Shown here: positions 29,751-38,531 of the stretch, one piece after another | Layout: each line of letters starts with the position of its first letter | How positions within the stretch are numbered: position 1 is the first letter of the stretch | Sequence record: MK817115.1 | DNA length: 64,000 bases | From: Escherichia phage vB_EcoM_phAPEC6 | Direction: 5' to 3' (one strand) | The notes under the pieces: model-generated | What the model was told of the DNA's origin: nothing | The model's input: the letters and a program-made list of their open reading frames with translations, nothing else | The model's database searches: none | Program-made: the position numbers and the translations under genes

Positions 29751-30083
29751 TTACTCTTCGTTTTCTGTCAAATCATCAAGAACTGGGTGTTCTGGATGGT
29801 TTCGGCGGTGTAATTTAATGCTTTTGTCTTTACTGAATACAGTTTCCATTTTTTCAAATGAATCACCAATTGCTTTGTATAAATCTGCTGCATCGGCAGT
29901 AACTGATTTACTACCTGATGTTAGAGTCACAGAGTATTGAGACTTATGCTCTTTCTTCACATGAACTTCAATATCCATTACAGTTGAAGTACGGAACTTT
30001 TCAAGACATTTAGCACCATCGTAAATTGCATCTTGAATTGCAAGAGTAAAATCAACATTACCTTGAATATTTAATTTTAGCAT
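29751..30083 (-). CDS. hpf: Ribosome hibernation promoting factor (HPF/RaiA/YfiA family) homologue
   Basis: MLKLNIQGNVDFTLAIQDAI...LEKF...DLYKAIGDSFEKME aligns by eye with E. coli HPF MQLNITGNNVEITEALREFV...DMYAAIDGLIDKL; about 110 aa as short-form HPF. Confidence 0.6.
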   Translation of the reverse strand: MLKLNIQGNVDFTLAIQDAIYDGAKCLEKFRTSTVMDIEVHVKKEHKSQYSVTLTSGSKSVTADAADLYKAIGDSFEKMETVFSKDKSIKLHRRNHPEHPVLDDLTENEE

Positions 30084-30099
30084 AATTTACCTACCTTTT

Positions 30100-31059
30100 T
30101 TAGAGTGAACTTAACAACAAATCTGCTCGGTTTGTAACTTGACGATACCATAAGGAATTCATAATTTCTTTTTTAAATTTCTTAGGGTTATCATTTTTCA
30201 CACTTTTCCAAAGTTTATTAAACGTTGCTAATTTATCAACACCCATTGTATAGGACATTTCATAAAGAATACGTTGTTGTTCTTTGGTCAGATTTACTGC
30301 TTCTTTTTTCTGCATCAATAATAAAAAGTCATCATATGTTCTTTTCATATCTTGCATCAAAAGTTTGTTGGCTTGAGCTTTGGTAATACCGTTTCTGTAC
30401 TTAATCGCATCAGATTCTTTTCTACCCAAATAATGCCCATAACCTATTGTATAATTACCTTTCATGTCCTTGTAGGGATGAAATTTAGAATTGTGGAAAG
30501 GAACTCCGACTTTCCCACCAAGTAAACGGCGTTTGTTCTTGGACTGAAATTCAATTGAACCTTCAGCTTCTTTGATGTGATTGACAATTTCTGGATCATT
30601 ATAATCAAACAGTACAGTCACATCTGGTAACAATACGTTCTTCAAATCCTCTTTTGTTGGGATAAAGATACCCTGAGAAGTATGAAGAGTAGCATTTAAA
30701 TTGATATTTTTCAACAAAATAACATACTCTTCAAGTTGTACATTTTTAGGTTTAAACTTTTTAGCAATAGAATAATAACTATCACCAGGTTGAACCGTAT
30801 AATGCTTCTCGCCGCGTGGAACATCCTTTGATATTTCTACCTTTGGTAATTCCTGCTTTTGAATTTGCGTAACTTGTGGTTTTAAATTGTGTACCTGACT
30901 TTCGTCCGATGATGATACACGATCATTTTGAGAAAAACCATAAAATCCAATCGCAGCGACAAGTACTGTGCAAACTAGAACACCATAAGTAGTCTTAGTT
31001 TTCAGTGCTTTTTTCGCTTGTTTCAAAACGCCTCCTTTGTTGATTGTTAAGATGGGCAA
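30100..31059 (-). CDS. Endolysin: N-terminal membrane anchor + LysM + T4-lysozyme-like (GH24) domain
   Basis: TM segment VLVCTVLVAAIGFYGF; LysM YTVQPGDSYYSIAKKF; lysozyme motifs GNYTIGYGH and WYRQVTNRA parallel T4 gpe YTIGIGH and WYNQTPNRA. Confidence 0.75.
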   Translation of the reverse strand: MPILTINKGGVLKQAKKALKTKTTYGVLVCTVLVAAIGFYGFSQNDRVSSSDESQVHNLKPQVTQIQKQELPKVEISKDVPRGEKHYTVQPGDSYYSIAKKFKPKNVQLEEYVILLKNINLNATLHTSQGIFIPTKEDLKNVLLPDVTVLFDYNDPEIVNHIKEAEGSIEFQSKNKRRLLGGKVGVPFHNSKFHPYKDMKGNYTIGYGHYLGRKESDAIKYRNGITKAQANKLLMQDMKRTYDDFLLLMQKKEAVNLTKEQQRILYEMSYTMGVDKLATFNKLWKSVKNDNPKKFKKEIMNSLWYRQVTNRADLLLSSL

Positions 31060-31194
31060 TCACAAAGATGGCAAAGAGGCCATTTGCAAAAGCCTCATCG
31101 GACTTTCTACAGTACAAAAACGTTCTTTTCAAATGTTTAAGTAGTATAGCATATTTTTATTTTATTACAAGACATATTTACTGTAAAAACCACA

Positions 31195-31605
31195 TTAATC
31201 GTAGTAAGTTCTACCTACAGTGATGTGATATTTAAAGTACTTGGTTGGTAGTCCTAGTTCATTTCTAATATGTGTGATGAAATCATCTTCAAATTCAATG
31301 ATAAAGAATGAACCTGGATTCTTTTTATCTTTTACTATCTCAATACAAGGATTGAACTTTATCTTTACTTTCATTCCATCGTACTTTTTCCAGTACTCTG
31401 GATTTGGTGGCACTTCACCACGAACGATACTGACATGTGCTCCCCATTGTGGGTCTTTAATATCAATATGTAAGTCAGTTCTGATGAAGTACTGGTAGTA
31501 TCGAACCAACTGTAATGGAAGTTGTAGTACTAACCAGAAGTCCTTCTTCTTTTTCATAGTGCCACGTTCTGGATCATACACCAGAGTTCCTTCCATTTCA
31601 ATCAT
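31195..31605 (-). CDS. 2H phosphoesterase-like protein (LigT/Acb1-like candidate)
   Basis: Two H-x-[ST]-x motifs (GAHVSIV and YHITVG) about 73 residues apart; 136 aa. Confidence 0.45.
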   Translation of the reverse strand: MIEMEGTLVYDPERGTMKKKKDFWLVLQLPLQLVRYYQYFIRTDLHIDIKDPQWGAHVSIVRGEVPPNPEYWKKYDGMKVKIKFNPCIEIVKDKKNPGSFFIIEFEDDFITHIRNELGLPTKYFKYHITVGRTYYD

Positions 31606-31612
31606 ATGTTAC

Positions 31613-31831
31613 CTATAAAATTACATATATGTTTTTATTTTCAATACGAACATATGTTTCCAAAACATCTTTCGGAATTTTATTACTTGTTTTGAACCAT
31701 GTAGTATTCTCTACTAAAACAAAAGTTTCACCTTCAGTTTCACCAAATGTACTTAGTGCATAAATGAAGTAATTGGGTGATGCACTACAATATATATCAG
31801 CATTAATTTCAATCATACTTTTACACCACAA
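31613..31831 (-). CDS. Hypothetical protein
   Basis: 72-aa ORF. Confidence 0.35.
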   Translation of the reverse strand: MWCKSMIEINADIYCSASPNYFIYALSTFGETEGETFVLVENTTWFKTSNKIPKDVLETYVRIENKNIYVIL

Positions 31832-31952
31832 TAAAACTTAATACAACAAGTGTAATAAACACACCCACAATAGCAGTCATTTCTGGGTTTGCATCATATG
31901 TATAGCGTATACATTTTAGAAAATCTTTACCAAATTTCTTTAGTCCATTCAT
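31821..31952 (-). CDS. Small membrane peptide (43 aa), not in ORF track
   Basis: Hand-translated MNGLKKFGKDFLKCIRYTYDANPEMTAIVGVFITLVVLSFIVV; AAGGA RBS. Confidence 0.35.
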   Translation of the reverse strand: MNGLKKFGKDFLKCIRYTYDANPEMTAIVGVFITLVVLSFIVV

Positions 31953-31963
31953 ATATTTTCCTT

Positions 31964-32320
31964 TTATTTCTTGTGTAAAGGTTCATCACTTTCATAATAA
32001 ATTGTATCATTATTTCGCTCTATAGTAAAGCTCTTTTGACACAACTCTTCAGCTAAACCCTTTGCATAGTTTAATACATCTCGGTTGAGATATACTTCTT
32101 CTTTTGGAAAGCGTGGGTACTGAATAATACGAGCACACATCCCACTTTCAAGACCGCCAGTGTAGATATATTCACAGGGAATTAATTGTACACAAAAGCC
32201 ATGCTTAAACGCAAATTTTCTTGTGTACTCTCTTGCTGTTTGAATATCACCAGCAATATGGATATTCCAGTACTGTGTCTCCACTGTACCTTTATCGATG
32301 TATTTCATACTCATCTCCAA
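31964..32320 (-). CDS. Hypothetical protein
   Basis: 118-aa ORF. Confidence 0.45.
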   Translation of the reverse strand: MEMSMKYIDKGTVETQYWNIHIAGDIQTAREYTRKFAFKHGFCVQLIPCEYIYTGGLESGMCARIIQYPRFPKEEVYLNRDVLNYAKGLAEELCQKSFTIERNNDTIYYESDEPLHKK

Positions 32321-32337
32321 TTATAGCACTAAAAATC

Positions 32338-32727
32338 TCACTTTCCCAACTCTTCTATGATTCTTTTTATTGAATCATGGTTTTCCAGACATAAAGTACT
32401 GTAATTTCTGCCAGTTTTTTCATTGATGTCGTCGATTTCAATCATAAGATATCCATATGTAATATCTTGAACCCTACTTCGTTTTACCCTTGAGTACAGC
32501 TTGATTGGTACTGATACACGAGTATTCAAAAACAATTCAGATAAATCATAACGATACACCTGGTATTCATTCTTGGAACGCTTACGACTGTACGATGCTA
32601 AACACTGCGGATAACGTCTATCAAAAATACTGGTCCTTAGCTGAAGATTCATCGGATCTAACTTATGTGAGTAATATTTTTTAATTATTTTGTCAAAACG
32701 CTTAATGTGACGTTTCTTCCATCTCAT
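32338..32727 (-). CDS. Hypothetical basic protein
   Basis: 129-aa ORF. Confidence 0.45.
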   Translation of the reverse strand: MRWKKRHIKRFDKIIKKYYSHKLDPMNLQLRTSIFDRRYPQCLASYSRKRSKNEYQVYRYDLSELFLNTRVSVPIKLYSRVKRSRVQDITYGYLMIEIDDINEKTGRNYSTLCLENHDSIKRIIEELGK

Positions 32728-33221
32728 GTTCTAACTCCTTTCAATAATACAATAGGAAAATACTGTGTATCTGTATCAGAAATACTATTACAGTACTCAA
32801 TTATTTCTTGATGGAGTGTGTTTATATAAATGCTAGGATATGGAATTGGTGTTTGTATTAGTCCAGAACTATAAACACAATCAGTTCTTTGACAATCAAT
32901 ATAGTGTGTTGTTGGTATACCTTTACCACGTTCCTCAACTACAATTGAGTACGAGTCAGCAATAAAAATGAACGCATTGTTAATTGATACATATTGTAGG
33001 GAATACACATCATCATGAACTTCAATCAAAGGACCATCAAAATACATCAATACCGAACGGCGATAACCTAACACATCACTCATTGCATCGAACTGTTCTT
33101 GTGATGAAAGATAACAAAAACACGTATCACGACATACGTCAATAAAACGCTTAAATGTTGCTGTTTCTATAAGCATATAATTTTCCTTAAAAAAGACCCC
33201 ACATAGTGAGGTCAAATACAT
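32724..33221 (-). CDS. Hypothetical protein
   Basis: 165-aa ORF, ATGA overlap with neighbour. Confidence 0.45.
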   Translation of the reverse strand: MYLTSLCGVFFKENYMLIETATFKRFIDVCRDTCFCYLSSQEQFDAMSDVLGYRRSVLMYFDGPLIEVHDDVYSLQYVSINNAFIFIADSYSIVVEERGKGIPTTHYIDCQRTDCVYSSGLIQTPIPYPSIYINTLHQEIIEYCNSISDTDTQYFPIVLLKGVRT

Positions 33222-33446
33222 TTAATCGTTATCATCATCCAATGCGTCACGGTAAACATAATAAACATGTGCACCTAGCAGAGCAATAAGTACAATAAAG
33301 ATTAACCAGAATGGTACAAAATGCAGTACTAGTGAAAACGCCAGTACTGTAATAACCATTACAACTGAACTGAAAATAAGACTTGCTGCTTTTTCAAATC
33401 CAGATAGTAATTTTTTAAAGATTTTTTTCATAAATGAATCAACCAT
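33222..33446 (-). CDS. Small membrane protein with two predicted TM helices (holin-like candidate)
   Basis: VVMVITVLAFSLVLHFVPFWLIFIVLIALLGAHVYYV. Confidence 0.4.
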   Translation of the reverse strand: MVDSFMKKIFKKLLSGFEKAASLIFSSVVMVITVLAFSLVLHFVPFWLIFIVLIALLGAHVYYVYRDALDDDND

Positions 33447-33789
33447 TTTTAATCCTCAAGAAAGTATGCTTACATTTTAGTTTATTACCATAGAATGAAA
33501 TAGGAACATTAAACATTTCAATCTTATCTTCTTTCAACAAACGTAGAATATCAGGATCGTTTTTTGTTTGAATACAATGAAGACCATTAACCTGAATTTC
33601 TAAACCTTTCTTTAGATATTCATAAATTTTTTGACGACGCATCCCACCATAACTATCATTATGTACCACATCACATAATTCTTTATATTCTTGCTTCAAT
33701 GCTCGGTCTACAAGTGTTCCATCTTTCTTCTTGATCTCTGCAATACATTTATATTGATTTGAACCTCTAAGAGCCATGTTGTACCTCAT
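33439..33789 (-). CDS. Hypothetical protein
   Basis: 116-aa ORF. Confidence 0.45.
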   Translation of the reverse strand: MRYNMALRGSNQYKCIAEIKKKDGTLVDRALKQEYKELCDVVHNDSYGGMRRQKIYEYLKKGLEIQVNGLHCIQTKNDPDILRLLKEDKIEMFNVPISFYGNKLKCKHTFLRIKNG

Positions 33790-34246
33790 TAGGGTATTTT
33801 TTCATCAATTCGTGTAAACGCTGAATCTCTTGTTCTTTTTTTCTATCACTCTCGTATTTTCGAGAAAGTTTCTTTTTTGTATTTGCTTCTTCTAATCTAA
33901 TATCAGTACAGAATTTGTCATTTTTAAAAAAATTGATACGCAATGCATCGAAAACAGACTTGAAATCGTTTCCTAATTCTTTAGACGTGTCAGTGTAATT
34001 ATGAAAATACATGTTATTTGTCATATTTACATGTTCAATAACTGCACCATTATGAGTTACGATAAACATTATATCTCCATACTGTTCACGTGGTTCAGTA
34101 CGATATAGATATATATGTTGACGTAAATAATCTTTTAATTCATGTTCAATGCCACTTTGTTCATAACTTTGATATACTAAAACCTCACCATCAGTTGAAC
34201 TGTTGTCAGATTCATATGGTTCGCGGATAATTATAAGATTATACAT
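33767..34246 (-). CDS. Hypothetical protein
   Basis: 159-aa ORF. Confidence 0.45.
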   Translation of the reverse strand: MYNLIIIREPYESDNSSTDGEVLVYQSYEQSGIEHELKDYLRQHIYLYRTEPREQYGDIMFIVTHNGAVIEHVNMTNNMYFHNYTDTSKELGNDFKSVFDALRINFFKNDKFCTDIRLEEANTKKKLSRKYESDRKKEQEIQRLHELMKKYPNEVQHGS

Positions 34247-34254
34247 ATTACTCC

Positions 34255-34536
34255 TTATACCGGAGATACGGTACTCAACATTAGTAAAGCTGTATTTTCA
34301 TCAATTTCATGATAGTTGTCGCATACAAGTGTTTCCAACAAATCAGGATGATAATAATAATGTTCATAATCAGTATCATTAGGAATATGATGATATACAA
34401 ATACAATATCAAAAACATCATCATCATTTTCACACTTGAAACGCTTTAATTCATCGACACTTTCAACAAAGCCATATTCTTCAAAAGCAGTTGTACCATC
34501 TGGTAGTTTCATCCATGCACTTGCAACAATTTTCAT
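34255..34536 (-). CDS. Hypothetical protein
   Basis: 93-aa ORF. Confidence 0.4.
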   Translation of the reverse strand: MKIVASAWMKLPDGTTAFEEYGFVESVDELKRFKCENDDDVFDIVFVYHHIPNDTDYEHYYYHPDLLETLVCDNYHEIDENTALLMLSTVSPV

Positions 34537-34553
34537 AAATTTGTGAATCCTTA

Positions 34554-35138
34554 TTATTTTGTAATGTTTAGTTTAGAAACGAAGTATTCTTTGGCTTCTT
34601 CATATGTCATTGAAGTATACATAGGATTCCATTTATCGTCAATATCGATAAGTACTTTAACTTCCATTACATCTTCTGGTGTATAGAATTGCCATGTATT
34701 GTGATCTGGCTCATAGTTAGGGTCCAGTACAAAAACCGTACCATCCTGACCATAAACTTCTCCATCCTCTAATAGCTCACGGAAGAAATCTTCTCCAGTA
34801 GTTGGGTCTTCGTATGCATTATAAAAACGAAAAACAACATTCTCAACATCTGTTCGGGTAGTACCATCGTCTTCATCATATTCCACCAAACGGTCCTGAT
34901 GAAATACTAGGTCAATTGCACCAATGCGAGGTTTATTATGTGGAGTTTTGATTTCTTGCTGGGAATTGTAATCAATACGTTCAGTACTGATGAATACTCC
35001 ACTAGGGGTAATTTCAATACCAGACACATTTTCTGGTGAATAGTAAGCGTCACACATGTCATCAATGTGCATGTGCTCATTATACACTTCCATTTCAGGA
35101 TTCTGCAACAACAGTGCTGCTAAGTCTTTTGCTTTCAA
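34554..35138 (-). CDS. Hypothetical protein, paralog of 35874-36521
   Basis: Shared MK..DLA.LLL..P..E.Y, TPSG.F and C-terminal YTP(E/D)D motifs. Confidence 0.5.
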   Translation of the reverse strand: MKAKDLAALLLQNPEMEVYNEHMHIDDMCDAYYSPENVSGIEITPSGVFISTERIDYNSQQEIKTPHNKPRIGAIDLVFHQDRLVEYDEDDGTTRTDVENVVFRFYNAYEDPTTGEDFFRELLEDGEVYGQDGTVFVLDPNYEPDHNTWQFYTPEDVMEVKVLIDIDDKWNPMYTSMTYEEAKEYFVSKLNITK

Positions 35139-35527
35139 TCTACAATCTCCATAGAATTATCATCATCATAATCATCACTGGTGTACTTAGTTTTTACCTC
35201 AATACCATTCTCATGTAGGTATGTGATAAAACCATTACCATAAACGAATTGATTATAATATGTATTTTCTTCTACATGTGCATCATAATCATCTTCATAA
35301 TATGTGGGTATTGTAACATCATGACCTACACTTTGCAAGTACTGGAACAATTCTTTCAGTACTACTTCGATATCACCTTCTTCTGTGCCATAACAATATG
35401 CAGGTTCACCGTGAGTGAATTTGAATCCTTTACAGGAAACTGTATAAATGTCACTCATGTTCATACCACAATCATCACATTCATGTATAGAACAATGCTG
35501 GTGGAATTTAATCTTTTTGATTTGCAT
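35135..35527 (-). CDS. Hypothetical Cys-containing acidic protein
   Basis: 130-aa ORF. Confidence 0.45.
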   Translation of the reverse strand: MQIKKIKFHQHCSIHECDDCGMNMSDIYTVSCKGFKFTHGEPAYCYGTEEGDIEVVLKELFQYLQSVGHDVTIPTYYEDDYDAHVEENTYYNQFVYGNGFITYLHENGIEVKTKYTSDDYDDDNSMEIVD

Positions 35528-35867
35528 TTAGAAAATCCTGTAAAGATGTAGTAGACATTGGACTATCAGCACCATCATACCACAGTGATGTATATGGCTG
35601 AACTGAACTAATATCAATACACAACCCTTCACGCTCACATTTTTGAGCGAATTCTTCAGTAGTTAGTTTGTTACCAAAAGAAATCTCAAATTCATAACTA
35701 GACATATCAATATCAGTACTGTAAATCAATGCACCATCATATGTAATATGGAGTTTAGAATCTGCGTCAAAAAGACGATCTGAAATAGCTTCATAATCAT
35801 CTTCAGGAACTGCTTCAATAAGACGTGCCATTAGTCCAGATGTTACGCGGTAATCACTCATGTTCAA
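35508..35867 (-). CDS. Hypothetical protein
   Basis: 119-aa ORF. Confidence 0.45.
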   Translation of the reverse strand: MNMSDYRVTSGLMARLIEAVPEDDYEAISDRLFDADSKLHITYDGALIYSTDIDMSSYEFEISFGNKLTTEEFAQKCEREGLCIDISSVQPYTSLWYDGADSPMSTTSLQDFLNANQKD

Positions 35868-35873
35868 CCTCTT

Positions 35874-36521
35874 TTATTTTTTAATTTTATCAATCATAGA
35901 AGGTGATACTTTTACATTGAATTCAGAATCAGGAAAATCTTTAGAAAATGAATCAATTTGTTCTTGTGAAAGTTCTTCTTTTTGTGGAAATAACATTTTA
36001 ACTAAATTTTTACCACATTCAATTGCTTCATCATACGACATAGTTTCCCATGTTCCATGCCAAGTACTAGGTTCATATTCTGTCAGTACAGAAATGAAAT
36101 CAATATCATCGGGTGTATACCAAACAGCATTTTGATTCCCTGATGGTGCTGATTGATTTTTACCTAATAAAACAATTGGCTTTTCATAAGGAATGTTAAA
36201 TATCAACCCAGATTCTAAGTTAAGAACAGTTTGAATAGATGAACCCTCCAATTTTGGAGTAATAGTACCATCCTTAAAGAAAATTTGTACATGACCCAAG
36301 AGCGGGGTTTCGTATGGTGTAAGTACATTTTCAGAAACTGATGTGGGTTTTACCGTTGTGAAAATGCCAGATGGGGTGACCATTAATTTATTATCAAAAT
36401 TCTGATAATGCAAGTCACTCTCTGCATCATAATGATAAATTTCTAGATTTGGTTGAGATAGTAGTAATTTTGCTAAATCATGAGATTTCATTTTATTTCT
36501 CCAAAAGAAAAGGAGAGTCAC
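35874..36521 (-). CDS. Hypothetical protein, paralog of 34554-35138
   Basis: See paralog motifs; followed by terminator hairpin. Confidence 0.5.
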   Translation of the reverse strand: MTLLFFWRNKMKSHDLAKLLLSQPNLEIYHYDAESDLHYQNFDNKLMVTPSGIFTTVKPTSVSENVLTPYETPLLGHVQIFFKDGTITPKLEGSSIQTVLNLESGLIFNIPYEKPIVLLGKNQSAPSGNQNAVWYTPDDIDFISVLTEYEPSTWHGTWETMSYDEAIECGKNLVKMLFPQKEELSQEQIDSFSKDFPDSEFNVKVSPSMIDKIKK

Positions 36522-36532
36522 AATGACTCTCC
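36503..36532 (-). terminator. Intrinsic terminator
   Basis: GGAGAGTCA-CAA-TGACTCTCC hairpin, U-rich tail on minus strand. Confidence 0.55.
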
Positions 36533-36539
36533 ATATATT

Positions 36540-36980
36540 TTATTGTAAAACTTTAAGTTTGTAAAGTGTTCCTTCAACAAAACTCATAATATCTTCTAAT
36601 GTGTTTACACTGCCGTAATCACCTGATTCTTCAAGCATATCATGAATTGCTCTACATTGCTCAACATATTCTTCAAGAATTGGTACACAATCTTCAATTG
36701 GTGTAAAACGATAACTATTACCAGTTCCAACTTGTAAAGCACCACGATTATTCATGATACCTTCAACAAATGCGTCTACATATTCTGGTAATTCTTTATA
36801 TAGTTCATCTAATTGTAAATGCTTTGTATAAAAATGACATTGTAAGTGCCAGTTATGTGCAGCAGAACTTAAAAACAAACTATTTTCAATAAAAGTTAAT
36901 AGTACTTCATCATACGAATTATCTTCTTCAGTACTTCCGATAAAGTCCATTACGTGTCGTAAATCATTAATATCTTCCAT
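36540..36980 (-). CDS. Hypothetical protein
   Basis: 146-aa ORF. Confidence 0.45.
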   Translation of the reverse strand: MEDINDLRHVMDFIGSTEEDNSYDEVLLTFIENSLFLSSAAHNWHLQCHFYTKHLQLDELYKELPEYVDAFVEGIMNNRGALQVGTGNSYRFTPIEDCVPILEEYVEQCRAIHDMLEESGDYGSVNTLEDIMSFVEGTLYKLKVLQ

Positions 36981-37012
36981 AATATCTCTCCTTAGAGTTA
37001 TTCTCTTATTAT

Positions 37013-37441
37013 TTAGTTAATAATAAAGGTAATTTCAGGATTCATTTCAGAAACTGCATTGCGTTTACTTCTATCCCATAGTATTCTGTTATTATACAAA
37101 GAAGAATCACATACTACAAGTAAGCAATTTCTTAATCTACTTACAGTACTTTGATTATTTAAATCAGTTTCTGAAATAAAAAATACATTTTCAGGAACTA
37201 CTAAAGGAATAGATTTATCAAAAAACAAAACTACAATAGGTCTTGTTGTATGAACTGATTTAACGAAATCCAAAATACTATTATAAAAATTAGTTTCTTT
37301 AGTAATTACTGACGGATCTTTAATTCTTTTCAAATATTGCTGTGGTAATTGATGTTCGTCTTTTATCTGAAACTCAAAATATTCTTTGAATAACATTTGT
37401 GTTAATTCGGATTTATCGGATATTTTCGTTGTGTTACTCAT
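37013..37441 (-). CDS. Hypothetical protein
   Basis: 142-aa ORF; first gene downstream of the non-coding island. Confidence 0.45.
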   Translation of the reverse strand: MSNTTKISDKSELTQMLFKEYFEFQIKDEHQLPQQYLKRIKDPSVITKETNFYNSILDFVKSVHTTRPIVVLFFDKSIPLVVPENVFFISETDLNNQSTVSRLRNCLLVVCDSSLYNNRILWDRSKRNAVSEMNPEITFIIN

Positions 37442-38131
37442 TCACTTCGTTCTCTCGTAACTCAAGAAGTCACTGCGTTTACTTCGTAAACTAGTTCCTT
37501 CTGAAAATGATAATGTACTTTAAAAACTTGACGGGATTTGTTGAGGACTATTACATCCCCCCGCAGGGGAATGAAGGTAATAAAAAAGAGACAATTAAGT
37601 CTCTCTTGACGATGATGGCATCGGATATTATCGAATTGCGAATTTCTCAAATTTTGGACGGATCTTTCTTGTACCAAAATTTAGAGAGCGAAAGCGGGTT
37701 GCTCGGTTTCTCTCTATCGCAGTCATATGCAACGGTCGCTGGTCTTTTCATCAACAGCACTCAGTACTAACTCTATTCGATCAAAGTAGTACTTGTTCTC
37801 AAATTTTGGACGCAACTTTCTTGTAAAAATTGCGTCCGCTATCCTTGAACTCCCTTAGCAAATCTGGTAAGGTGCGAACCTTATACATCTATCTAGGAAC
37901 TCTCTGTATGCTTATCGGAGTTCTTTATACAGCCGTGTCGCCGTGATTCGTGGTCTTACATCGTGTTTGTTTGAATGCCAGTACTCTAACAGGTTTCTTC
38001 TGCTGTTCGCTACAACGGTAAAGCTCATCTATCCTTTACATTTTCAAGAGAAGTAGGTTCTCAGTGTCCATTTTTCAATGTCCGTTGTCATTTTCTATAT
38101 ACATTATATCATTGGAACATATAATGTCCCA
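37442..38131 (-). ncRNA. Candidate structured non-coding RNA locus (ORF-poor, GC-enriched, repeated hairpin modules)
   Basis: About 690 bp without a credible ORF in an otherwise gap-free gene array; direct repeat TTCTCAAATTTTGGACG...CTTTCTTGTA at 37644-37673 and 37796-37825, each forming a hairpin; additional hairpins; locally elevated GC. Confidence 0.4.
38103..38130 (-). promoter_or_regulatory. Weak sigma70-like promoter candidate facing into the non-coding island
   Basis: Minus strand GGGACA, 16 nt, TGaTATAAT; -35 matches 4 of 6. Confidence 0.25.
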
Positions 38132-38530
38132 TTACATGTATACTTTTTTAAAATCCTTAGAACAACGATCAAAAATTGTGTTTATGAATTCAACATCTTC
38201 GATAATATTCGAATCGTTAGCAACATTTTCATTTCTTGTCGTGTTCCTATATGTGTGTTCAGGATGATTGTATACCACCTTGACTACATTATTTAGGTCT
38301 ATAAAATTTGACGTTTTTTGCGTATATGAAGCCTGAAGCTTGATGAGTTTACCATCATTCTCAAGATTGGTTTTATGAATTAGTTCTTCAATACCAGTTA
38401 AATGGCTATAGCTATCTTTTTCTTTTACAAAAGTAATAGTAACAAGAACTGCTTTCTCATCTCCCATATCGGAAATGTTTTTTACAGCACTGATAATTTC
38501 TAAGTTTGAAAAATCTAATTCTTTAAGCAT
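38132..38530 (-). CDS. Hypothetical protein
   Basis: 132-aa ORF. Confidence 0.45.
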   Translation of the reverse strand: MLKELDFSNLEIISAVKNISDMGDEKAVLVTITFVKEKDSYSHLTGIEELIHKTNLENDGKLIKLQASYTQKTSNFIDLNNVVKVVYNHPEHTYRNTTRNENVANDSNIIEDVEFINTIFDRCSKDFKKVYM

Positions 38531-38531
38531 T

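Noticed and set aside
37507-37770. Plus-strand 87-aa ORF and minus-strand 71-aa ORF (37462-37677) inside the non-coding island
   Set aside because: No convincing RBS, wrong strand or overlapping each other, and the region shows RNA-like hairpin repeats; treated as non-coding
37442-38131. tRNA genes in the non-coding island
   Set aside because: Searched both strands by eye for T-loop (GGTTCGAATCC-like) and D-loop signatures with matching acceptor stems; nearest match (GGTTCGCACC around 37870) lacks a complementary acceptor stem
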